A stretch of DNA of 64,000 nucleotides from Dictyostelium discoideum (Eukaryota). Shown here piece after piece: positions 1-14,517 of the stretch (the first letter of the stretch is position 1; each line of letters starts with the position of its first letter). The notes beneath the pieces are model-generated. The model did not search any database. It saw only the letters and a list, made by a program, of their open reading frames with translations, and was not told where the DNA came from. A program made the position numbers and the translations under genes. The stretch is from positions 2,272,001 to 2,336,000 of the forward strand of contig CM000150.2 in NCBI GenBank assembly GCA_000004695.1, read 5' to 3'.

Positions 1-1030
1 CCAACAGTTTTGAAAGAGTGTATAATTATACCATCTTTTTCAGCTTGTACATCTTTTGGAGTCTTTATAACAGTTGGTGGGAATGGTTGTGAAACCCAAA
101 AGAAGAATATGGCACCTAGTAAAAAGAAAACTGGTTGATGAGATAAAGCGAAAACTGGTCCTAATTTTTCAATCAATGGAGTTGAAAGGAAAGCACCACC
201 AGTACCGGAAATTTCATAGAATAAATGAATGTAACCATTCAATTTTGATAATTTCTTATTATCACTTCCCAATATTTGTCTTGGTGTTAATTTTCTACTA
301 ACCTCAATCATACCAACGAAAATTCCCATTAAGCAATACAATGGTACCACCAAATAACGATTCCATGATCCAAGTTGATCAACACTTATCTTTGTACCAG
401 TAGATGCACATATTATAATAAAAACTGTAATTAAAATTGCCATTGAAAACATAACACATGATGTAACTCTACTAGCTCTATATTTTTTAACAAATGGTGA
501 TACTAACATTGATCCAATTGACTTTTAAAATTAAGTAAAATAAAATAAAAAAAATAAAAAATTAGTTTTACATTTTTTTTTTTTTATTATTATTTTAATT
601 TTTTACTTACTTGTGATAAAAAATAAATAATATTCATAATTGCTAAAAATGTAACACCGTTATCATTTTCAAATCTTGTAAGGACAACGAGACCAAGAGC
701 ACTTGAATAAGTTTCAAAAGCGAATTTATAAAACATTGAAGCAAAAATAATTTTACACTCGTCCCAGTATTCAGTTAAATAAAATCTTGGGTTATATTTA
801 CTGTATTTACTTTGAAAATTTTTCATTTCTTTTTTATCATCATCAGATGGGGAGCTTTCATTTTTTTCTAAATCCTTTTCATTGTAATTAATTATTTGGA
901 TTTCTTTAGTATTATTATTTTCGTTAGATGTAACATTTTGTAATTCTACTCCCTCATTATTATATATATTGTTATTTATATTATTTATATTATTTATATT
1001 ATTATTATTATTATTGTTGTTGGTTTCCAT
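1..1030 (-). CDS. MFS-type multipass transporter, 3' end runs off the window. Exons (minus strand): 1030..611, then 521..<1.
   Basis: ORF 590..1030 begins with Met plus a poly-Asn tract. A GTAAGT donor follows ...FLSQ (intron 610..522), and a ttttaaaag acceptor precedes the next exon. That exon reads SIGSMLVSPFVKKYRASRVT... in the same phase, followed by several hydrophobic helices. The SPFVKKYRASR segment resembles the MFS loop 2-3 signature. Family assignment beyond MFS is uncertain. Confidence 0.5.
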
Positions 1031-1425
1031 CTTTTTTTTTTTTATTTATAAAATTTAATTATTTTAATTTAAAAAATAATAATAATAAAAAAATAAAAAA
1101 AAAATTTACAAATAATATGTAATGTTATTAATAATGAATAATTATTGATTGGAACTGATAACAATGATGTAGTATTTTTTAATTATTATTTTTTTTTTTT
1201 TTTAAAAAAATGGTTTTTTTTTAATTATTATTTTTTTTTATTTTATTTTTTTTTGACAAAAAAAGGATAATTGTTTTTATTTTGGAAAAAAAAAAAAATA
1301 AACAATTTATTATAAAAACAGATATGTATGTGATTAATAATGTTTAAAATGGTTGTGTGTGTTTTTTTTTTATTGTGAAAAGGGTTAAACAAAACTAATG
1401 GTGTTTGAGAAAAAAAAAAATAAAG

Positions 1426-1457
<32 letters not shown>

Positions 1458-1565
1458 GTTGAGTGGGAGAAATAGAAAGAGAGAGAGAGAGATTTATTTT
1501 AGTTTTTACTACCAATAAACTGACTAAAAATATTAATTTTAATAGCTGCCGAATAAATAGTCTGG

Positions 1566-1601
<36 letters not shown>

Positions 1602-2144
1602 TTTTAAAAATATCAGTTTACAAAATTATTTTTGGATAGACACTACACCTCTTAAAACTGGCCGACTTATTTATTAGTTTTGATTTATTTATTTTTATTT
1701 TTTTTAATTTTAATTTTTTTTTTTTTAAAAGTCTACACCGAAAACAGGGGAGTGTCGTTTGACTTTTCCTTTTAAAATTTTTTTTTTTTAAAAATTTATT
1801 TTTACTTTTTTTTTTTTTTAAACGAATCTGATGGGTGTTTAGTGCCGTTAGGGCAAGGAAAAAAAAAAAAAAAGAAAAAAACCTATTTTAAAAAACGAGA
1901 TTTTTTTTTTAAATTTTTTTTTATAAAAAAATGCAAAGATAAACGGCTTTTGAAAAAATTTATTAATCCGAACCCGGCTTTTGGGAATAAAATTATTTTT
2001 ATCTTTGTTTTTTTCCTATGATAGCACCATAAGGTTTGAAATAAACAATAAAATAATCGATTATTTTTTTTTTATATAGATCACATCAATATTCGAGTGT
2101 TGGTGTTTTTTTTATTCACACCATAATTCTAATAATTAATAAAA

Positions 2145-2179
<35 letters not shown>

Positions 2180-2360
2180 CACCTTAATAAAATAAAATAA
2201 ATAAAATTTTAAAAAAAAAAAAAAAAAAGAAAAAGATATTTTAGTTTAAATTTTATTTCTTTTTTTTTTTTTTTTTTTTTATTTTTTTTTAATTTTTATT
2301 TTTTTTATTTTTTTTAATCAACAATTATTTTATTTTTAAAATTTAATTATTTGTCGTTCA

Positions 2361-3050
2361 TCACCAATATTTTTTAATAAGATAAACAAATTTTTTTAAT
2401 ATAGTAGTTTCTTCAACTATTTGAGAACAACAAATTTGTGAGTTTGGAGGTGCAGTAATTTCTTGTGGTTGTTTGGACTCAACATTATTATTTGTTATAT
2501 TTGTAGTTGTAGTTTGAGTTTTATAATCATTTTTATTATAATTATTATTAATGTTGTTATTATTATTAATAATATTATTATCATTATTGTTGGTTTTTCT
2601 TTTATTTATAATTATATCTTCAATTTTTTGTTTTTTTATAAAGGCTGAAGGACTTTTATAAATTTCATTAGCAATGGCTTTCTTTATTTCACTTTGGCCA
2701 AAATCTTTATTACTATTATTGTTATTATTATCATTATTTTTATTATTTTTATTATTATTATTATTATGATTACTATTATTATTATTATTATTTATATTAT
2801 TATTATTTTTATTATTATTTTTAAAATTATTATTATTGATTGGATTCAATGCTAGTGAATGTATTAAATTGGAAGAGTTCACTAAAAAGTTTTCAGAAAT
2901 TGATGAGGTTGAAGGAGGCCCTGGCGGTGTCCTTAATCTTAAATCTCCATTATTATTCTCATTATTTTTTTCTTGTTTTTGTCTTTTATCTAATTTTTCA
3001 TTATTATTAGAATTATAATTATTAATTAAATTATTAATGTTCAAATTTAA

Positions 3051-3143
<93 letters not shown>

Positions 3144-3842
3144 TTTATTATTTATATTATTTAAATTATTATTTATATGATTATTTAAATTATTATAATT
3201 ATTATTAATATTATTTGTATTAGTTATTTTTATATTATTATTAATGAGATTAGTATTAATTTGAAATCCAATATTATTATTTCTTTTTGTTGTTGTTATT
3301 TTATTTTTATTCCTTTCAAAATAATCTTTTAGGGGTTTAGTAACTTGGAGTTTTGGTGGAGAGGCATTTTTTAATCTTGATCTTGTTTGGATGGTTGATT
3401 TTATTATGATTTTTGTTGGTTCTTTAGTTTTTGGAGGTTGAGAGTTTTTTATTGATTTTTTAGCCAAACATATTGTGCAATTTTTAACAAAATTTATTGA
3501 GTCAATTGTGTAACCATTCCAGATAAAACGAAGTGATCGAAGAATTTTTATTGTTTTAGTTATACTATAGTGATTACTTCCATGGCAATATCCGATTATT
3601 GAATTTTTAATATGATTACTAATAGGTGTCAATACTGTTTTTAATCTATTTTTTATTTTTTGTCTTGATCTAAGACACTGAAACCCACTCTTTATTACTG
3701 GATAATACTTCCTCTCTTTTAAAAGTAACTCAGTTTCCTCTAATTCATTTATACCTATCTCATTCTTCTTATTTGATATAAATTTATAAATATTTTCATA
3801 TTGAGAAATTGATTTTAATTTTAAATTTGTTTTTTTTGTCAT
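2361..3842 (-). CDS. Asn-rich protein with an N-terminal integrase-type HHCC (zf-H2C2) zinc-finger
   Basis: Single 493-aa ORF. Residues ~85-130 read GYCHGSNHYSITKTIKILRSLRFIWNGYTIDSINFVKNCTICLAKK. That is H-x3-H-x28-C-x2-C with the conserved flanking residues of retroviral/gypsy integrase N-terminal zinc-binding domains. The rest is poly-Asn low complexity encoded by (AAT)n. No RT, RNase H or integrase core nearby. Confidence 0.55.
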
Positions 3843-4259
3843 TATTTTATTTTATTTGTTTATTAACGAACCAATACAAATAATAAAAAAAAAATTGTTT
3901 AGAAAAAAAAAATAAAATAAAATAAAATAAAAAAAAATAAAATAAAATAAAATAAAAAAAAATAAAGCCTTATAGAAACACGTTATAATTAAAAAAAAAT
4001 TTTTAAAAAATAATTTCCAAAACAAAACAGTTTCCTTTTTTGGAACCCGATCAACCCTAATTAGTGTTATTGAATATTTTTTCAATAAAATTATTTAAAA
4101 TTAAAAATTTATAAATTAGCTATTTTGGGAATTATTATAATAAATCTATTTATTTTTTATTTTTTATTTTTTATACACAAATTTGATGAAAATTATTTAT
4201 ATAATTAATATAACAATTTCCTACCAAGAAAAGAAAAAATTTTGGAATTTTATTTATTT

Positions 4260-4935
4260 TTAAGAGAAAAATATCTTTTTCTTTGTTTGAATCATCATAC
4301 GACAAACAGGACAAGTTCCAACCTAATTATTGTTAATTTTATTATTTAAAAAATTAAAAAAAAAAAAAAAAAAAGAATTAGTAAAATAATATATAAAATT
4401 AATTTTAAAACTTTAAAATTTAAATTATTTAATTTTAACTTACCATTGAAGAACAATCAAAACAAGTGACAACATGAGAACATGGTAAAAAGACAACATC
4501 TCTAACACCTTCATAACAAATTGAACAACTTCTTTTTGAATCTTCATAGGTTGTTGAAGTTTGTTTAATTTTCAAATGATAAAGATAATCACGTAACATT
4601 GGAATACCAAAATAAAGTATAATACTTGTTGATAAAGCAATAACAAACCCACCATACATTAAAGTTTTAAATTTTGAATCGGCAAGATCAAAATCCAATT
4701 TATCCTTTGAGAATTGAAATGGTTCATTAACTAATCTCCATTGAATATCGTTACCAATCTTTCCAATTTTACATGATAAAACAGTGTATAAATTAATATT
4801 TGGTCTTAACACTCTCTCTTCTATTAATTGACCTAATAATTTTCTTTTTCCAAGTAATATTTCAAAGAATCTTGTCTAAAATAAACCAAAACAAATACAC
4901 CTACATGTATTAGTAATAATAATAATAATAATAAT

Positions 4936-4996
<61 letters not shown>

Positions 4997-5646
4997 TTAT
5001 TTATATATTTATTTTTAAAATTAGTACTTACAAATAAAGAATCGCCAGGTGATTGTAGTATAAATTTTGAAAAACTATTCTCTAGTGGGAATACTACATT
5101 ATCAGTGATTACATTTATAGTTTCACCTAAGGAGTCAGTTAAGGTGAATGATGGTACAGAGGTATATTGTTGTGATATTACACTTGACATTGTGGCCAAT
5201 GATGAATGTGCACATTCAAAGATTAATGATGTTGTGGTTTGAATTGCCAATACTCCACTATTTGCATTATTAGTTGTTGTGGAACTAATTATTATTGGTA
5301 TTGTATTTGAAGCTGCAGTCGATATAACATCTGATGCTGATGATGATGCTGTTGCTGTTGCGGCAATTGCAGATGATATATTTGATGATGATGCATCTTT
5401 TATAATATTTGTTAATAGTGGAGAAGTTGAATTCAACCTTGAATAAAGTGCAAAAATTAATTCACCTTCAGTGATTGAAGATGCTGCTGCAGCTAGTCCA
5501 TTTTTACTAATTGAATTTATTAACACCTCTTCTAATTCTTTAAAACTTGAAATCTTATAAATACTTGACAAAAATCTATAACTTTTAAACCAATATACAA
5601 ATTTATATGTGAAAAAAGCTAAAGGAATAATAACTTGATTCCTCAT
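4260..5646 (-). CDS. MUL1/MAPL-like mitochondrial outer-membrane RING E3 ubiquitin ligase. Exons (minus strand): 5646..5032, 4875..4444, 4322..4260.
   Basis: An N-terminal TM helix, a central domain, a second TM helix (YGGFVIALSTSIILYFGIPML), then a C3HC4 RING (CSICYEGVRDVVFLPCSHVVTCFDCSSM). The RING is completed after a GTAAGT intron by VGTCPVCRMMIQTKKK in the next exon. Intron 1 (5031..4876) holds an (AAT)n tract and ends in ttttag. All junctions are in frame. Confidence 0.7.
4915..4995. repeat. (AAT)n microsatellite inside intron 1 of the MUL1-like gene
   Basis: aat repeats with a single tataat interruption. Confidence 0.9.
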
Positions 5647-6095
5647 TTTTCTTTATTTTATTTGTAAACAATTATAATAACTATTTTATCTGTGTGGTGG
5701 TTGAAATTTTTTTTTTTTTTTCATTTTTTTGTTTTATTAAAATAATTTTTTGTTTTTATTAAATTCAATTAAAATAAATTGTTTTTTTTTTTTTTTACAA
5801 AAAAAAAAAAAAAAAATTAAAATTAAATTTTTAATTACCAAATTTGACAAAAAAAATATAAATCCATTTTAAATTTTAAAAAAAAAAAAGTTTCCTTTTA
5901 AATTAGTTTATTTTATTATTATTAGTATAAATGGTTAAAATAATATAAACATTCATCGAGTAGATTTACAATGCAAATTTTTATTTTAATTATTCCTAAA
6001 TTTGGTTTATTGGTATTCCTGTATGGTTGATCACTAAAAAGTAATAAAAAAAATAAATCGGTTAGACGTATTCAAAATGAAATCTCAACAAATAA

Positions 6096-6167
6096 TCCTT
6101 GTTGGTCTAGTGGTGAGGATTTTCGCCTGTCACGCGAAAGGCCCGGGTTCAATTCCCGGACAGGGAG
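6096..6167 (+). tRNA. tRNA-Asp (anticodon GTC), 72 nt
   Basis: Cloverleaf read by hand. Acceptor TCCTTGT/ACAGGGA (one T-G wobble), D arm GTCT-AGTGGTGA-GGAT, anticodon stem TTCGC/GCGAA with loop CTGTCAC, T arm CCGGG-TTCAATT-CCCGG, discriminator G. A T5 run follows immediately. Confidence 0.9.
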
Positions 6168-6173
6168 CTTTTT
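6168..6173 (+). terminator. RNA polymerase III oligo-T terminator for tRNA-Asp
   Basis: CTTTTTA directly after the discriminator base. Confidence 0.6.
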
Positions 6174-6190
6174 ATTTGAAAATTTTAAGG

Positions 6191-6210
6191 TCAGGAGTTC
6201 GATTCCTGAT
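6191..6210 (+). promoter_or_regulatory. External B box (exB) downstream of the tRNA gene
   Basis: GGAGTTCGATTCCTG, a second B-box-like element (consensus GGTTCGAATCC) about 28 nt past the tRNA 3' end. Only a T-arm-like hairpin is present, with no 5' half, so this is not a second tRNA. Extra downstream B boxes are a known feature of many Dictyostelium tRNA genes. Confidence 0.5.
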
Positions 6211-6921
6211 GGAATCGGATATAGATTGGAAAATTTTCCATGCAAATGATAAGGATCTAAACCGAGATCTATCTAAATTTTAATTATAATATAAAAATAA
6301 ATAACAATTTTATAATTTGAACTGGAAAAAAAAAAATAATAATAATTTTCAGGTTTAATATCTCTATGACAAATATCTATTGATTCTTCATTTCTTCTTT
6401 CTTTTTTTAATTGGTTGATTATTAAATTCTATTTCTTTATAACATATATGTCGTGAAAAAAAAAATAAAAAAAAAAAAAATAATCATTGTTTTTTTTAAC
6501 TTTACATCTTTTATATTTACCAATATTCTTCTTGTAAGATTTTACCTCCTTTTTTTAAAAAAAAAAAAAAAAAACAAAAAAAAAAAACAAAATTAAACTT
6601 CAATTTTGACTTACAAAGGTTGTATTTTGTGATTTGGGTATTTGTGTTGGGTACCTTGTTTTTTCTATTCTAATATTTAATACATTTTTTATTTTTAGTA
6701 GAATTCCAACAATATTTTAAATAAATATAATTTTTATTTTTATTTCTAATTTTTTTTTTTTTTTATGCTTGTTAATATCTTTTTTACCAGAATGAAATAT
6801 TTAAAAAATAAAAATAAAAAAAAAATAAAAATAAAAAAAAAAAAAAAAATAAAAAAAAAAAAAAAATTCATTTTTATTATCTCCAACATCAACATTAAAC
6901 AAAAAAAAAAAAAAAAAAAAA

Positions 6922-9414
<2,493 letters not shown>

Positions 9415-9502
9415 ATTATTTAAAATAAAAAAAAATAGAAATGGATTAAAAAAAAAAAAAAAAAAAAAAATTATTTGTAATTGTAATTGTAACTGTATTT
9501 AT

Positions 9503-9530
9503 TTATTTTTTTGATTTTTGATTATTAACC

Positions 9531-9562
<32 letters not shown>

Positions 9563-12500
9563 CTTTGTTTTTGATTTTTTATTATTTTCTTTTTTATCAG
9601 TTTCTTCATTTTCATCAGATTTACGTTTAATTGTAATTGAATTTGGAATTGAACCAGGTTTTAAAGCTTTTGACCAATCTTCATCATTTCCTTTAACTAA
9701 ATATTTTGAAAGTGAAGAATCATTTTCTAATTGATGTTTTAATTTGTTTACAACTTCTTCAGCACCTTTTTCCAATTCACTTTCCATATCTTCAGCCAAT
9801 GGAATCATATCAGTCTCTTTGATATCACCTTTAAATGATTTGAATTGACCAGTTCTTGGAGCCACAATTGATAATTTTGGCATTGAATCTTGAATGAATT
9901 TCTCTTGTTTTTGTTTTAACTCTGTATTAATTTTACGCATAGTTTGATTGAATAATGATAAAACTTGATTTGAAGCTAAATTTAATTCACCAATTAAATT
10001 ATCAACAGTTTTATGTTGAAGACCTAATGCTAATAAAATTGCTGATTGAATCAATGAAATATCTTCAATCTTTAATTTATTTGTAAAATATAATTTTGAT
10101 AATGATGGTAATAAATCAATTACAACATGATAATCAACTATATTATTACTATATGATTCTAAACGTTTTAAATCATATGATGAAAATAATAATTCCATTT
10201 CATTTTGTGTTAATTCATTCTTTGTTGTTGACGATGCTACTGCTACTGTATTATTAACTTTCTTTTCATATAAAATATTTAAAGCAATTGATGAATTAAA
10301 ATTTCTAAATTCATAACCTAATAAATTTATAAATCTTTTTTTGAAATCTTGATGGAATGATTGTAACCAACCATCTTTACAAATTGTATTATTTTGTTCA
10401 TTATTTAATTCTCTCAACATAATACAAGTATGTTCACCAGTGATGTCATTTGAAGTTAAACGTAAATAAACTGGTAAATATTTTGATTTACTCCAAAATT
10501 GATAAAGTTGTTGAGTTAAACCATATGATACACCCATATAATGAAGCTTCTCTGGTTTTCTTTCTGAAAGTTTAAATAATAATGGTGGAATATTTGATTT
10601 TGGTCTAATAACTTCTGTTAATAATGATGCATTATCTTTTTTAACTGTTGAAATTTTTGATGAACCTTTATTTTGATCGACTTTTTCTTCGTCCTCTTCT
10701 TCTTCTTCTTGATTAACTTCATCAAGATTTGTAATTTCACCTTGATAATATTGAGTTAATAATTCTAATGCTTTACTACCATAACCCATTTTTTGATAAT
10801 CTGGATGAGTTGCAATACGAACGATTCTAACACCTGAAAGACGTGGGAAATCTTCATCTTGATATTGTTGAGTTAAAGTCCATGGAATTAAATCACCAGA
10901 TGCTTGATAACCACGTTTAATACTATTGAGAATTGATTCTTTTGCAATTTCACCCTCTAAACTAACTTGAACGGCACAAAGGATCTCTGGAAGACCAGTT
11001 GTATTATTTTCATCGATTGGTCCTAACAAAACGAATAAATGATGATCAGGTGCATCAGACATTAACAAGAGATCATTTGGTGAATTTTTATAATGACTTG
11101 ATACGAAAAGTCCAACCATCTTTTGAAGGAATGCTTCGGATGCTTTATGATAACTAAAGAGTGTATCACGATTAACATAATACAATTGACAAGCTGATGG
11201 ATGTGGACAACCTGTTGGGGAACTCTTTGCAATGGTACTATCTAAACAGAGTAATTCATTTAACCAACGTTCAATTGGATCTCTAGCACTGTAACGAATT
11301 GGTTCATTTAATTCAATTTCACGTAACATTCTACCAGTGATTGAGTTTAATGCTTTGTTACTTGAATTTGATACGACGGTTGATTGTTCACGTAATTGTT
11401 TAATCAATTTCAATGATAATGATCTACCAGTACCTTCATAACCATTGATGGTGGATGACATGAATACCAAGTATGGGCCTAATAAATTCTTTACCAATGG
11501 TAATGGAATGGCGGCTGCCTCATCGATTACAACCAATTCAGCTTGACCAAGTTTTTGATAATCTTGTGGTTGAATATATTGAATGGTTTGTCTATGAGAT
11601 CTAAAGATGTTTACACGAATGATTGCATCGTGAAATTCTGGATTGGTAGATTTAACCAATTCATAATCTACATGTTCAACATATTCCATTGAATCGAAAC
11701 CTTTGAAAACAAATTGGAATAATGTGTTCAAATTCTCTGGTGTTGGTGATGATACGAAAATATTTGAATAACCAAATGCAACAGCTGCTGAAATTGCTAA
11801 ACCCAATGCTGCAGATTTACCTCTACCTCTACCTGCGGTCAATGTAACGGTACTTCTTAAAGTTTTCTCAGAGATACTATCAATGAATGTAAGTAATGCT
11901 GTAGCTTGGTCCATGGTCTTGGTATTCTCAATCAATGCACCTGCAATATCGGTATCCTTGACTTGTTGTTTAAATTCACGTAATTCAACCTGTTCTGGTG
12001 TCTCTAAAATTTGTTGTTTTGCTTCAATTGATCTTGATTGACTTGAAATTGGTAAAATATTCAATTCATCATCCATAACTAAACATTGTTCAGATTTACC
12101 CAATGATAATAAGAAACGTTCATTAAATCTACATACAACTTCACCTTTACTATTTTCACTTCTGAATCTTGTATGAACATCCATTGTCATTGTATATAAT
12201 TGTTTTAAACTATCCATGGTTTTCAATAACAATACAATTAAACCACCACCTTCAACAGTCTCAATGGTTCTTGCTAAAAGATTTGGTGTAATTGCTTCAA
12301 AATCTTGTAATACCAACATACCAAATGTATTACCCAATATCTTGTGTGATTCTGAATAATAACTATATCTAATATTGGTTGTTGATATAAAAACATCAAA
12401 TGGATCTTCTTGATTAACTGAATCAATACCTGATGATTTTGATTTTTCTTTTAATTTCATTTTCTTCTTTTTATGTCTTTTTTTTTTTCAAATAAATAAA

Positions 12501-12779
12501 TAAATTAATTAATTAATTAATAATTTATTTCTTTATTATATTTATATATATATATATATATATTTAAAATTATACTTACTTTGAAAAACCTAAATCTTCT
12601 TTATAACACCATAAAACTGATGGTCTTGCTTTTACAATACTTTTTGATAAAATGTAATGAAGATTTGGTACTTGATCTTTACCATTATCACCAACAATTA
12701 CAAAAAAGCTACGATGATTTGTTGCAACTCCATTTTCGATTAATGTACGAATTCTTGTATCAACTTTCTTTCTTACCAT
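9503..12779 (-). CDS. nat10: RNA cytidine acetyltransferase NAT10/Kre33. Exons (minus strand): 12779..12580, 12476..9503.
   Basis: Exon 1 MVRKKVDTRIRTLIENGVATNHRSFFVIVGDNGKDQVPNLHYILSKSIVKARPSVLWCYKEDLGFSK matches the NAT10 N-terminus almost residue for residue. A GTAAGT donor leaves phase 2, followed by a 103-nt intron. Exon 2 has DPFDVFISTTNIRY, the helicase Walker A LTAGRGRGKSAALG, ELVVIDEAAAIP, and the GNAT region HPDYQKMGYGSKA. Confidence 0.9.
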
Positions 12780-12990
12780 TTTTTTTTTTTTTGTAAGAAA
12801 TTAATCCAAAATGATTTTGAAATTATTTTGGGAAAAAAAAAAAAAAAAAAAAAAAACGAAAGAATTGTCGTTTTTATGAAAAAAAAAAAAAAAAAAAAAA
12901 TAAAAAAATTAAAAAAATTATTTTTTATTTTTTTTTTTTATTTTTATATTTATTTTATTTTTTTTTAAAATTTTTTTTTTTTAAGTATTT

Positions 12991-13244
12991 AAAATGTATG
13001 ATCAGTTATTATTATGTCAGACATAAATTAAGTTTTTTAAAAAAAAAAAAAAAAATCAAAATTTATTTAAGGGGGTTAGAAAAAAAGAAAAATAAATTTT
13101 AAAATAAAAAAAAAGAAATAAATAATTTTATTTTTATTATTTCATTTAATTTATTTTTTTTTATTTTTTTATTTTTTTTTTTGTTATTTAATTAACTAAA
13201 ATGTATGATCATTTATTATTATGATAGCCATAAATTAAGTTTTG
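12991..13244. repeat. Pair of ~46-bp direct repeats (12991..13036 and 13198..13244) in the nat10 divergent intergenic region
   Basis: aaaatgtatgatcaGttattattatgTCAGAcataaattaagtttt versus aaaatgtatgatcaTttattattatgATAGCcataaattaagtttt: about 40 of 46 positions identical, 207 bp apart. Confidence 0.7.
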
Positions 13245-13673
13245 AAAATAAATAACAATTGTTTTTTTTTTTTTATTTTTATTTTCATTGTTATTAATTC
13301 AGAAGAAACAAATAAAAAACTTTTTTATGTAATAATTAAAAAAATAACAATTATATTTTTTTTATTTTATTTTTATTTTTATTTTTTACACCCCCAAACT
13401 ATTTTTATTTTTATTTTTATTTTTAATAATAGTAATCAAATAATTGATTTTGTTTCTGTACAAAATTTTAAAAATCTAAAAGCTTTGATCATTTATTCAA
13501 ATCCCAATCTTTGTTTATAATAACTAAAACAATAATTTATAAAAAAAAAAATTAAAATTAAAATTAAAATTAAATCAAAATCAAAATCAAAGTAACAATG
13601 TAAAATTGGAAAGGGGTCGGAAAAAAAAAATATTAAAAGGAGGTCTGAAATCGATTTTTTTCTTTCCTGAAAA

Positions 13674-13704
<31 letters not shown>

Positions 13705-14172
13705 CAAATAATTTCCGATGAATATATTTAATTGAAAATTTGTGAACTAAAGATTTTTATAACTATAATAATTGTTTTATTTTTTTTTATTTATTTTAAT
13801 TTATTGCTATAAATTTTTTATTATGGTGAAATAATAAAACCATTTTGATCATTCACTTAAAAAGTGGTTTTATAATTATATTTTTTGAAAAAAAAAAAAA
13901 AAAAAAAAAAAAACTGCGAGTGCAAACGCCATAAATGATAATTTTAATACTTTGGTAATTCTATTGATTGCTTTATTATATCTCTTTTAAGAGTTTAAGA
14001 TAAAAACAGTGTTTTTATTCCAAAACAAAAATTTATATTTTTACATTTTTTAATTTATTAAATTTTTTTTTATAATAAAAATAAAAAAATATAAAAATAA
14101 ATCAAAAAAAAAAAATCCAATTTAGTCTATTTCCCCGACAACAGTTTTCTGTTTGATTATTAGAATCATTTG

Positions 14173-14220
<48 letters not shown>

Positions 14221-14343
14221 AAAAGATCAAAAAATGTGAAAGTGTTGGTTTTCTTTTTATTTTATTTTATTTTTTAATTTTTTTTTATTTTTTTCGTTAT
14301 AAATTAAAAAAAGGTGGTTGGACAATAAAGGGGTATTATAAAA

Positions 14344-14374
<31 letters not shown>

Positions 14375-14517
14375 ATTTTTTTATTCTTTTATTATTACTA
14401 TTTTTTCTCTTTTGTATAAATAAACACCAACACTATTTAATTATTTATTTTAAGGCAAAAAAAAAAAAATTATAAAAAATTAAAAAAAATTAAAAAAAAA
14501 TTTTTAAAAAAAAAAAA

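Noticed and set aside
2690-3240. CRISPR-like regular spacing
   Set aside because: The periodicity is only trinucleotide (ATT)n/(AAT)n coding for poly-Asn. There are no 25-40 bp direct repeats with unique spacers anywhere in the window.
4994-5242. 82-aa plus-strand ORF
   Set aside because: It is antisense to exon 1 of the MUL1-like gene, and the sense strand carries the conserved product.
5650-6095. Possible TRE5 retrotransposon upstream of the tRNA
   Set aside because: The flank is simple AT-rich spacer with no ORF or RT-like sequence, and no insertion is evident.
6185-6215. Possible second tRNA downstream of tRNA-Asp
   Set aside because: Only a T-arm-like hairpin (CAGGA-GTTCGAT-TCCTG) is present. 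It has no acceptor, D or anticodon arms, so it is better explained as an external B box.
6077-6283. 68-aa ORF overlapping the tRNA-Asp gene
   Set aside because: It is a translation of the tRNA and exB region and its flanks. It has no start context or coding composition, so it is an artefact.
12581-12796. 71-aa plus-strand ORF
   Set aside because: It lies antisense to nat10 exon 1, which has an unambiguous conserved translation on the minus strand.
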